A stretch of DNA of 64,000 nt. Source: Octopus sinensis. Taxonomy: Eukaryota. The position numbers and the translations under genes were made by a program. The notes beneath the pieces were generated by a model. The model searched no databases. It was given only the letters and a program-made list of their open reading frames with translations, and was not told the origin of the DNA. Each line of letters starts with the position of its first letter. The stretch's first letter is position 1. Below, one piece after another: positions 41,859 through 53,223 of this stretch. Location: assembly GCF_006345805.1 (NCBI RefSeq), contig NC_043009.1:69750001-69814000 (forward strand). The letters are read 5' to 3'.

Positions 41859-42011
41859 CGCTGTTGGTAGATTTGTACTTGAGTGAAAATCCTTCCCGTT
41901 CGATGGTATTGTCCGTGTGGAAGTAGATGTAAGCATAACGCCCAATGTTATTGACGTTGATGGAGCTCTGACCGCATCTGTGATCAAGAAGCTCACCCGA
42001 TCGATCAAAAC
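41859..42011 (-). CDS. Internal exon encoding the C-terminal part of a CUB domain (GFDRSGELLDHRCGQSSINVNNIGRYAYIYFHTDNTIEREGFSLKYKSTNS)
   Basis: Acceptor cttcctctgaag| and donor |gtaagt. 153 bp, phase 1-1. Motifs CG and F-x-T-D...GF-x-L-x-Y are typical of a CUB C-terminus. Implied intron 42012-48316. Confidence 0.92.
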
Positions 42012-42959
42012 CTTCAGAGGAAGAAATGATAAAAATAAAAGTAAAGAAAACCGAATCAGGATAATCGATATCATTAGTTACATTTCTAAAAATCAATCAA
42101 TGCTGAAGAGAAAGTTAAACACTTATACAGACACACGCGTACGGATATATATATACATATATGCATCTATGCATCCATCCATCCATACACACATTCAAAT
42201 ATACACATATACATACACGTACACATAATACATGCATGTATGCATAAATTCACACATATCTATGCATACATGCGTAAATATATACATACATTCATACATA
42301 CATGCATACACATATATATATATGTACATGAATACATAAATACATGCATATATGCATGGATGCGTATATACATACATGCAAGCATACATACATTCATACA
42401 TGCATGCATACACAGATGCATTCATACATACATACATACATATGATAAATTCAAGTAAAAAGCTGTGTGAATAACGGAATTAGAACGGAGATGCTGCAAG
42501 CGTGTTGAGCAAAAACTCTAAAATATCGATGCTGCAGTAATTGAAACAATTCTAAGAAAAATATTCAACAGGAAATCCCTTTGGTCCAGAGCTTATTACA
42601 GGATATTGAATGATAAGCCCTGAAATTTTATCAGCGAAATTTAATAATACTGCTTAGGAGGAATGTCAAGGACACGGTATACGTAGCCATGCGGTTTTCA
42701 CCAGTTATCACCTTTCTCAAACCTTAAAATAGCCGAGCAACTCAGCTACAAATTGCTCCCCCCCACCCGATAGAATGTCTAAACATCATATATAAGATGT
42801 ACACTGGCTGCTTCAACTTGTCTCTGCAGAACCATAGTACCACTAACATAATTATAATCCCAGAACAAGCTGGGGGTAAAAAAGGAAATCTGGGAGTGTA
42901 TTCAACACCAACTAAATAGCAAAACCATTTAAGAAAGAACAATAAAGAACAGCAAAATC

Positions 42960-43191
42960 TTTGACGGATGTTTGTCCTCATCTTGTTTGATGTTAACACA
43001 ACGTTTCGGCCGATATACCCACCAAGCCTTCATCAGGTGTCTTGAGGAAATTTCAAACCTGGGTTCTCATTCCTAAGGTATTTTCGATGTTGTTATTATT
43101 ATTATTATTATTATTCAGATCACTGCCTGGAATCGATCTCGGAATCTTGCGGTTAGTAGCCCGCGCTCTTAACCACTACGCCATATGCCCG
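42960..43191 (-). mobile_element. tRNA-headed SINE family B, in the CUB intron
   Basis: Homologous to 20641-20898. A box tggcgtagtggttaa and B-box-like gatcgattcc. Confidence 0.88.
42995..43041 (-). ncRNA. Minimal type I hammerhead ribozyme with intact core
   Basis: GACAC-CTGATGA-A-GGCT-loop-GGCC-GAAACGTT-GTGTT. Predicted cleavage after GUU, between 43000 and 42999. Confidence 0.65.
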
Positions 43192-43439
43192 GAATTTTAC
43201 AGTCGGTCCACTATGTCTAAACAATGGTTTTTGGTTCATCGAATCCGTCTTCCTGTTGTAGGTTCTTGGTTGTGGTCGACCCTCTCTGTAGTTGTCATAA
43301 TAGCTCAGCTATGACTTTTTGTCCGAAAAATCAATTGCTGTGGGTCCTGTCTAAAAGGCATTGTAGTAGGGTGCACAGTTTGCGTGGTGTCATGGAGAGA
43401 AGCAATTGAGATGCACCGAAACGGAGGGTAACGCATGGA

Positions 43440-44075
43440 ATATAGTTTGCAGAGCATTCATAGACGACATAACGGTTATGGCACCATCATTCCAAGGAAA
43501 GCGGTATTGAGCTTGCTGGAAAAGATGGCTGTATAGTCATGCTTGAAATTTAACTCTGTGAAAGTTCAGAGCCTGAATATCCTTAAAGAAAAAGTAGTTC
43601 ACTGCCTTGGGAGAAGTTACAACAGTATCCTTAAAGATATTGGTAATGGCGAAGACATTAAGACCAACTAGACAAGTGGCTAAGGGAAGTTTGTAAAAAC
43701 CACCTACTTGGAACATTTAAAGTATAGTGCTTCCAATATAGCATCATATTCGAGCTGCACTGACCATTCCTTCATGATTCGGGCAGTGCATGGGAGACGA
43801 TGTGCAGAAAGTTCGTGCGAAGGTGGTAGGGTTCCCATTCGAATCGTAGCTCTAACCCGAACCCTATCAATCTGTACAGCAAGACCATTTGCAATTTCCT
43901 CAGTCATGGAGAAATTCAAAGCCACAAATGCAAGAGCTCTCATCACATTGCTTCTGTCTGAGGATGAGAAAGTCAGACCCAGCAACAAGACTAAGAAGTC
44001 TTGCTGAAATTGGGAGTTCCTGGAAGATGTGAAGGAGGCTGAGACATACTGGAAATACCAGAATGTTTGTTATGG
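43440..44075 (+). mobile_element. Decayed RT fragment of a Hero/NeSL-like RLE non-LTR element
   Basis: RAFIDDITV, KF..VK..SL.ILK, LGRSYNS.LKD, L.KWL...L.G.FK..CFQY and SSV.EKFK...AR, with stops and frameshifts. Confidence 0.7.
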
Positions 44076-44774
44076 TTAGGATTTGTTAATTACAGTACCT
44101 AGAGATAGTAAAGTACTTATACCAGGAGCAAGAAAAGGCCCACAAGGCGAAGAATCTGTGACTCAACTCGAACGCCTATTGTTTTGAATGGCATCAAGGT
44201 GATAAACACGGAAGCTGGAAATAGCTCAAGAGGGATATGGTTGATAAGAGACTAGTTTAGTCTTCGCTACCCCACTCAAGCGAAGCGTACAGGCTAATGG
44301 GAGAAGCGCTTGTGACTCTGGGATAACTGCAAACGATAGAATTTAGAAGAGCTAGAAAAATCCCATCGCAGCTCCTACAGTTTGTAAGTGGTGTAAAGCA
44401 TCTCGGATGTGTATTTCAGCATTAGGTTTAAAACATTAAAAAGAATGGAAGGAGCCAAAATAAACTTCGAACAAGTTAATTTTCTTTTATAGTGCTACTG
44501 AAAGTTTGAAAACATAGTCGAAATGTAAGGACACTATAGGAAAGAGATTCAAACAGATCGAATTCTGCGATTTAATATCACTCGAAATAAAGTTTGCAGT
44601 AGACGGAACTATTCAGAATGCTCAGAAGAAACGTCCCGGGATTCCGCGGATATCTAAAGGCAAGAACATGTGTTATAAGTGTGTTGTTAGAGTTCAAAAT
44701 ATCTGTGCGGCAAGCGAATTGTGAGATCAAGCGTTTATCGAATATTGAAGCGCTCTTATTGGAGAAATTAATTA

Positions 44775-44950
44775 CATCATCATCATTATTATTATCATCT
44801 TCGTTTAACTTCCACTTTCCCTGCATGCTTGGGTAGGATCGTTGGCGGGAGCCTGCCAGGTAGAAAAGGTGCTCTAGGCTACACACTGTATCTGTTTTGA
44901 CATAGATTTTACGACTGAATGCCCCTCCTAACGCCAACCACTCCACAGAG
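44775..44950 (-). mobile_element. SINE/RTE-tail remnant ending in (GAT)n
   Basis: Minus strand gtggttggcgttaggaggggcattcagtcgtaaaa ... gcatgcagggaaagtggaagttaaacgaagatgat. Confidence 0.65.
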
Positions 44951-46536
44951 TTCATGCTCTCAAATGAAGATTATCTAGTTATACGATTGGTATAACATCT
45001 GCAAATCATACTTTCCGACATAGATTGTTTGAAGTAAGGAGGCGAGATTGTAATAAAATGACTCAATTAACCGCCAAAGTTGCATTCACTCGGTGCCTGA
45101 GTATCTCTATATTACAGAGTATCGTCATGTTACTAAACCAGGAGTCGCTGTATGGTGAGGCTTATAATCAAAAAGATTAAAGATTAATTGGACCATTCTT
45201 TTTCATGGTATTCTGACTGGTTCCTTTGACTTAGACTTGCTGTGTCACTCTGCCATACCAAATATTCAAGAGAATTTTTAATTTGGCTATCTCCCTTTTT
45301 TTTCCTTGAGCAGGGTCACACGGACCAATCCTTCATTTTTCTTTTTTATAGCAGTCAAGTTCATATTGATTCGCTGGGTGCGTCCTGTCCCCAAGACTTT
45401 CTTGAATCCTGCACGCCAATAACCATCGCATTCGTTTTCTTATTTCAGAGACATGTAAGTTGCGAACTGCTCAGTAATGGCGCTGGTATTGATTAGCTAG
45501 CTGCTGTTTAGCCACAGGTCAGTCATAATGACGTATGCCAAAGATTGAAAGCGCTCCAACGGTGACCATCCCGTATTTTTATATTGCTGAGAGTAGATCG
45601 CGGAATATATTATCTAATACATGTGATAAACAGAGAAGATTATTTTTGCTCGTATTCCTGACAGGAACAGCAACCGCGAAGAAGCATTTCCATTGTCTCT
45701 AGGGATATTAATATTATTGTTGAAGGGAAATTTCTTACTCTGGGAATTGAAACATAACTGTAAACTTAGCTCACCTCTTACACCCCATCAACCCTCATTT
45801 CCAATATATTTACATAATGTCGACGCCTGCAGTTTGTCACAGACCATAAAAATGAGATCAGAAGTGATACAAAGGAATGGTTTGAATTCTCATAGCCATT
45901 TCAAACCTTCATGTTTTAACTAAATTTCAAGAAGGTCAAAGAAAACGAGAATTATATGATTCCTGGTGGAATTCTAGCAAATAAGAATAATTTGGTGATT
46001 TAAATATGAAAGAAATATAGTGTTTGGCTATTTGAGCTAATGAGCTCGCAGGGATTAATGTAGTTGTGTATATGTTAGCATATAATGTATGGCTGGGTGT
46101 GTGTGTGTATGTGCGTGTGTATGGGTCATTGAAAATGATAAAAAAGGAGCGAAACAATGACTGAGAGAGAGAGAGGAGGGAGAGAGAGAGAGCAAGAAAG
46201 AGAAAGCACATACACATAATACGCTTACAAAGAAGTGTTCGGAAAGAGAAGAAATTCTGTAAAGAAGCAAAGAGAAAAACGAAATATGCTACAACAGAGA
46301 TGTAAAGAATTAGATTGTGTGGGCGAATGCGAGCAGAAAGATATAGAGTATGTCGTGTGTGTGTGTTGGGGGAGGGGTGAATAGCGATGAAGAGTGAATG
46401 AATGAATGAACGGGTGACTGAGAGAGAGAGACTGAAAGAGAGGGTGAGAGAGTAGAAAAGAAAAAGTCGAGAGACGAGGCAACCATGCACAACTAGCCAG
46501 TGATATGATGGAGATAAGACAACCACATACATGCGT

Positions 46537-46581
<45 letters not shown>

Positions 46582-46607
46582 CACACCCATACATACATAC
46601 ATCAACC

Positions 46608-46656
<49 letters not shown>

Positions 46657-46803
46657 TTAACGCATAGTCACGTGCTCATATTTACATAGAGCTAGGGAGA
46701 GACAAATGAGGAAGAGAGCGACTGCGAAGGAAAAGTAAATTAGAAAATATAATACAATGTAGGTCTCGTTTCATTACAGCCGTAGTGTCATTAGAAAGGA
46801 AGC

Positions 46804-46834
<31 letters not shown>

Positions 46835-47899
46835 ATGTGTGAGGGAAGGAGGGAGGAAGAAAGCAACTTAAAGTTACTGAAATAAGTTTAAGTTGCTTCG
46901 TTTCTCTGTAGAAGAGATACGAGTTGAGAGTTCCCTTCATAACACAGCAAAACACCAGACAGACCTTGTTGAACTGTTTTTTTTTATCTTCGTTTGAACA
47001 CGGGGTCTGTTTATAGAGCGAACCTGAAAGGCTGAGTGTATGTCTATTAAGTTTTATATATCTCGGTTCGTTCCACTTCTTGTCTCCATTTAATTTTTAT
47101 ATAAATATTTAAGACGCGAAATTCTCTCCCTTTGCTTTACCCTCTCCACTCTCTCTCCCTCTCACTCTTCCTCCTTCTCTCTCTCTTAGCCGCGTGTCCC
47201 CCTCCTCCTTCTTTCTCACTGCCAGCCTAACAATTTCTTTCTTTTGCACGCTGCCTCTGCTACTGAAAAGTCATGCTTTCCACACGCTGCCACACAACAT
47301 CTTTCGTCTAGCCAAAAAAAGGCCTTTTCGTTCGTTTGTTTTTTCTCATTTATTCTCTTGTTTGTTTGATTTCCCGTATTGTATTCTCTTTTTATTTCTC
47401 GTCTTGTATTTTTTTGTACTTGTATTTTTATCCTGTATTTTATTGCGCAGTTTTTTTTTGTTACGTCCTGTTTGTGTTCTTACCCGTTTTACCCCGCTGC
47501 TTGGAATTTTATTTTAATTCTCTCGCAGGAAGGCTTATCGGACGATGTGTCCTGTCTTGCCTTCGAAACACGCTCGAGTTAACTAGCGACAGCTGATGAC
47601 GGTGGATTTTTCCTTGTGTAGCATGTCCTGTACTTGTTTTCTTGTTGTAAATTTTTGTTTTTTCCGTTTCTACGTCTTGTTGTGGTGTCCTGTACTCACG
47701 TATATTTATTTATATATGCATGTATATATACATGTAGATGTAGGTACGTACATATATGTTTGTATGTATGCATATATTTTTATTTATTACATTATTGTCT
47801 GACAGCGCCTCGCGTCGGGTTCGTTTCGATTCTCGGTTCGTTCCATTTCTTGTCTCCATTTAATTTATATATATATATATATATATATCTATATATATA

Positions 47900-47935
<36 letters not shown>

Positions 47936-48316
47936 GCTGTGTGGAAATTTCAGAACATTTTTAAAGAGAAAGTTTGTCTTACAGCTGTTTCTGGGATATT
48001 AGGGATATCCCTTCATCACTTTCCGTTTGTAATGACAAAAATATCAACTGCTATCAGAATTTGCATACCACAGACAAGAAGCATTTCTACCATTTCTACA
48101 AACCACTTTCCTTGAATAATGGAACTGCAACTCTAACACCCTGCAAATATTTTTATTTCTACATTCATTCTATTTCCCTATATATTCCTCATTTCCTCTC
48201 TTTTCTTAAATAACTCCGTATATTGAACTCTATTATTTCCCTCTATGTAACCATCTCACATCGACTTTGATGAAAGGATAATGCAGTGTCAAAGTGAAAG
48301 GAAAGTGAGTACTTAC

Positions 48317-48441
48317 CGCGATAGATCTGTACGAAATCTTTATAACAACCTAAACTGTATTCTATATCAACGCGTTGCCAGTCTACTTGCAGCGAATAAT
48401 TCGGATCTCCCGCATAGATTAGCCAACTGCAAGACATATTC
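48317..48441 (-). CDS. Internal exon encoding the N-terminal/central part of a CUB domain (NMSCSWLIYAGDPNYSLQVDWQRVDIEYSLGCYKDFVQIYR)
   Basis: Minus strand acceptor gtgtttcag| and donor |gtaagt. 125 bp, phase 2 in and phase 1 out. CUB-like motifs CxW, DIE, C-x-x-D-F-V-x-I. Joins in frame to exon 41859-42011. Confidence 0.9.
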
Positions 48442-49616
48442 CTGAAACACACAAATGAGAATCACGTAATATGGATATAACAACTGACGGAATTTGCTGA
48501 AGATTATGATAACGAAGATGGCGGTGGTGAGTTTGGCACAAAATGAAGAATGGGTCTGAGTTGAGTGTAATAATTGTTGAGTTAAAATTGATAATTTAGT
48601 GATCTGTCTACCCATTAACCAAACCGCTACATTAAAAAATCATATCTACAATCAATCAAGAATCGAAACCGTATATAGTTTCACCGCCACGCACATTTCA
48701 TCGGCACCCAGGTGGAATTTAAGCTCACAATGCAAAATTTTGGATCGGACACTACACACCCACTCCGTTGGGCAACACTTTTGTTGTTTATTAAGTGAAA
48801 AACTGAAAGGCGAGTATTTGAACATTGATTTTAGAGAACCAGAACATTCTATCCAGCACTCCAATAAATTTGCCAATTTGTCTAAGCTTTTGGAATTTTT
48901 AATTTAGAAGAACCCGAGGTCACTTACAAGAATAGTACTCGTTATCTTAATGTCTATTTGTTTTGAGTGATAAGAGGGTTATTTATTGTTAACAAGGGGT
49001 TCGTTGATAATACAAAAAAATATTGACAATAGGGGGTAATATTTGATAGAAAAGGTATTTGTTGATAACAAGAATAATTATTGATAGCAACAGCAATCAT
49101 TGTGAGATACTGTGTGTTTTCATTGAAGCTAAATATAAAATTGTAAAAAGGAAAAGATTGGTGCAAACAGTATTTCGAGTCGATAAAAAAAAAATACGAT
49201 TAGCAAGGAATTTGTCAGCAGTTAATAATTAAAATATTCTTTCGATAACTGACCAATGACCATCAACACATTCTGGTAATTACAACAAAGTAGGTGATAA
49301 ATTGCTTGATAAACTCTGTTTTTGAAGCTATTGCTCGAACGACCGAGTTTCATGTTAAAAAAGACGGAAACACGTAGAACATCGCTGCGAGTGTCCCCTC
49401 TCCTGATATTCAAAGACGAACACACACATACACACGCAGTCACACAAGTTCACAATGAAACAGGAATATGAGAATGATTGAATATTTCTTTGAATAAAAA
49501 GAAAGATGGGAGGTCTCAGTAGACTTCATCCTCCCGATAAATTTTACTCTCAATATAAGGTTACAGTATCAGGAAACGTTCCTTTGTTATTTTTTCGTTA
49601 TACATATACATACATA

Positions 49617-49664
<48 letters not shown>

Positions 49665-49906
49665 TACATGATATATATATATATACAATAATAAACTAGT
49701 AATTAATAATTCCACCAAGTAGAATTCGGCATGTTAAAAGGACCATTTTTCGGTAAACTTAAACAATATTTTATAATTACGAGTATAATTAGGGTTCAGC
49801 AAAGATTTGTTTTACCACATACCGAACTTTAGAAATAGCAGCCAAAGAACCTTAGCTATTTCTTCTACTATAAGAAGAGACACCCGGATAAAACAAAACA
49901 AAACAA

Positions 49907-49973
<67 letters not shown>

Positions 49974-50123
49974 ATATTTCGGAATGGTCATATTGCCAGT
50001 TTAGCCAATAAAAACAAACGCACTATATATTTGGTGTTATTTTGCTTCAGTGATATTTATTTTTTACATTAATCTTAATCTTATTTCGGCCAGAGTTCTT
50101 TCGTCACACTCCTGTGACCGCAT

Positions 50124-50170
<47 letters not shown>

Positions 50171-50369
50171 ACACATATATATCGTTGCTATTATGCAAAA
50201 GTGTCGTAAGTCTAAAACGTTACTTTTACAGGGAAAAACTAGTTTCCCCATTCCATTTCTTTTTATAGTAGCAACAGTTTCCGCTTGATACTTTGTTGGC
50301 TGCATAAAATGGTAATTCCATGCATGTATGATATTTTCAGTCTGAAATATTTTTGCAAAATTGTCGCAT

Positions 50370-50752
50370 TTTTTTTTCAGTCATTTGAGTGCAGCCATGC
50401 CGGAGCACCGCATTTAATCGAGCACATCGACCCCAGGACTTATTCTTTGTAGGCCTAGTACTTATTCTATCGGTCCCTTTTGCTGAACTGCTAAGTTACG
50501 GGAACGTAAACACACCAGCATCGGTTGTCAGGCGATGGTTGGTGACAAACACAGACACACAAGCTCACTCACACACATATATATGGACATATACGACGGG
50601 CTTCTTTCAGTTTCCGTCTACCAAATCCACTCACAAGGCTTTGGTCGGCCCAAGGATATAGTAGAAGACACTTGGCCAAGGTGCCACGCAGTGGGACTGA
50701 ACCCGGACCCATGTGGTTGGTAAGCAAGCTACTTACCACACAGCCATTCCTG
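50370..50752 (-). mobile_element. tRNA-derived SINE family C, full length with LINE-like 3' tail
   Basis: Head ggaatggctgtgtggtaagtagcttgct..ccgggttcagtccc and tail gcggtgctccggcatggctgcac..actgaaa. Confidence 0.88.
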
Positions 50753-50885
50753 TTTGTGGAACTTACTACGCTTTTCAAAAATGCTAAACCGTTATACTAC
50801 AATTTGACAATTTTCATATCTTGGCATCTGAAGCAGCTGGATATACTTTGACCAAGCAAAATAAAAATACTGAGAAAAAAACCGG

Positions 50886-50934
<49 letters not shown>

Positions 50935-50940
50935 TATATC

Positions 50941-51031
50941 GGCGCAGGAGTGGCACATTTGGCAAGTATCTTCTACTATGGCATTAGTCGACCAAAACCT
51001 TGCGAGTGCATTTGGTAGACAGAAACTGTAA
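50941..51031 (+). mobile_element. Deleted SINE family C copy
   Basis: ggcgcaggagtggc joined to acatttggcaagt.tcttctact..gaccaaa.ccttg.gagtg.atttggtagac.gaaactg. Confidence 0.8.
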
Positions 51032-51054
51032 GTCATATATATATATAATATATG

Positions 51055-51257
51055 TATAATCAAAATAAGCAACAAGTATATCCAAGGTAGAGTAGTACAA
51101 TTGTTTCATGCTACTTCATTTTATTAAACACTGTAAGCATTACATCAGTTTTAAGATGTCGAGCAATCTTCAGCCACTTATAGAAATTTCTAATCAAACG
51201 GACAATGCACTTTCTTATCCATATTTCATTTGCCAACATTATAAAGAGGGTAGATAT
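51055..51257 (+). repeat. Dispersed repeat family D
   Basis: Similar to 62681-62840. Its 5' end matches the hairpin arms at 53125. Confidence 0.8.
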
Positions 51258-52694
51258 ATAGACAGAGAGGCTGATTTCATTCTTAAGAACATGATAGTAG
51301 TATGTTCTCGTTTAAAAAAGAAGATAAAGAAATGTACAAAATGTGACACTATAGGCTAAAAAAAAGGTCTGACACTATAGGCTACAAATAATGTGACACC
51401 ATTGGCTGCAAAAAGATGTAACATTATAGACTAAAAAGTAAAAAGAAAAGAACAAGTCCCCTGGGGTGTCTCTTTTGATTGAACCATTATCGAAAATGCA
51501 TCAGTGACTGGCCAAGTGGAAACCTGTAAACAATGACGCTGTTTTCTCGAGTTTATTTATTTATTTATTTCAATAGATGTGTAAATAATGGGTAAATAGA
51601 TCGAATAAACCAGAAGAAAACAGTAATATAACCAGTAGGGACGAAATAGGGGTATTTACTAAGATGAGATCTATTCATCGTTATGCATTATCGTCTGATT
51701 CAAAGGCGGTCATTTTGTGTGAGAATTACCGAAGAAAACATCACATTATTTGTAATAAGGCGTAGCTTGAACAATATAAAAAACAAAAAGAAGTTAAGAA
51801 TTGAAGGCATATTTGCAACTTACTTAACATATTTACTGAAGTATCCGGGAGACTGAATGAGTTGCCATGAACTCGTGCTCGCTGTTAAGTTCTTTGTTTC
51901 TAAACAGTCATTAACGGAGTCTACAAAAATAAAGAAAAAGGAAGGGATAAATTATGCAATCAAATATACAAATGCCTAGAAGTATATGCATTCACACACA
52001 CACACACACAAAATATGCACGCACGCACGCTCATAATATTTTACAAATTTTAATGTTTTAGCAAAGAAACATTGCTTTTCTAAATCTGTAACAAAACATT
52101 TTGGATCTGTAAAACGCAATTGAATAAGTTAAAAATATCTCTGAAATTCCAGCATTCAGCGCGAATTCGATTTAGAACATTGAAAACAATTTCCTCACGG
52201 TAAATAGTGGCATAATATTTGAAAGAAAGAGTGAAGTCAAGCGACATAATTTTATGTTAGGTAAAATCCATCTACATAAAGAAAAACTGCTTCAACTGAA
52301 GTTTTAAATGTATAAACGCTTGCTAGTATAAAAAATGTAAATATGTATCGTTTTGGGAGGATCATTACACCAATAGCAACAACACACGCACTGATTCAAT
52401 ATCATTTCTCTATTTTTAGTTAGCTTCACGCCTAAAACCTTGTATACCAACGTGTAGAGTACGTAGATGTAATATATGTCTATATACATATTTATGTTAA
52501 AAGCAAATATATGGTTTTAATTGTGTGCGTTAAAAAATCGCATAGATACGATCATCTAAATGGAAAGACAGCAATAACGTAGCAATGTGCGATAAGAATG
52601 GGTAGATATTTGTATACATGTGTATGGTTCTATGAGCAACTGTATATGAAAATATGTTTATACATATGTATGTGTGTATGCATGTGTGTGTACA

Positions 52695-52731
<37 letters not shown>

Positions 52732-53124
52732 TAGAGCTAACCATAGGAGTAATGTAAAACTAAATGTAAATTTTCGATACTAATATCAGAAAAATGTTCC
52801 TCATACCGTTGTAAATTAACTGGTTTCTGTCAGTAAATATACTGTAATACTGTATATTTGTATTGTACTGTAATAATGTACTGGTGTATATTAATGAGCC
52901 AAAGCGGAGCATCTCTGTGCCCCTTCAAAAAAAAAAGGTTAAACTTATACTGTATATTGTAACTGTCAAAAGACAGTCCTGTTAGATAAGCATTGAACAT
53001 AGACAACCTCTATCATATATATATACACGAGTTCAGCAAAATTTAGATTCAGATGAATATGGTACTTAAGTCAAAGGCACCAGAATTTGGTATGGTATTA
53101 TCCATATAAATCAATTGGTGTGAT

Positions 53125-53223
53125 TATAATCAAAATAAGCAACAAGTATATCCGAGGTAATGTGGTACATGAAACGATTGTACCACATTACCTCGGATAT
53201 ACTTGTTGCTTATTTTGATTATA
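53125..53223. repeat. Perfect 45-bp-stem, 9-nt-loop hairpin
   Basis: tataatcaaaataagcaacaagtatatccgaggtaatgtggtaca-tgaaacgat-exact reverse complement. Confidence 0.95.

Noticed and set aside
47594-47630. CTGATGA heptamer (another near 5296)
   Set aside because: No stem II followed by GAAA and no closing stem I, so not a hammerhead.
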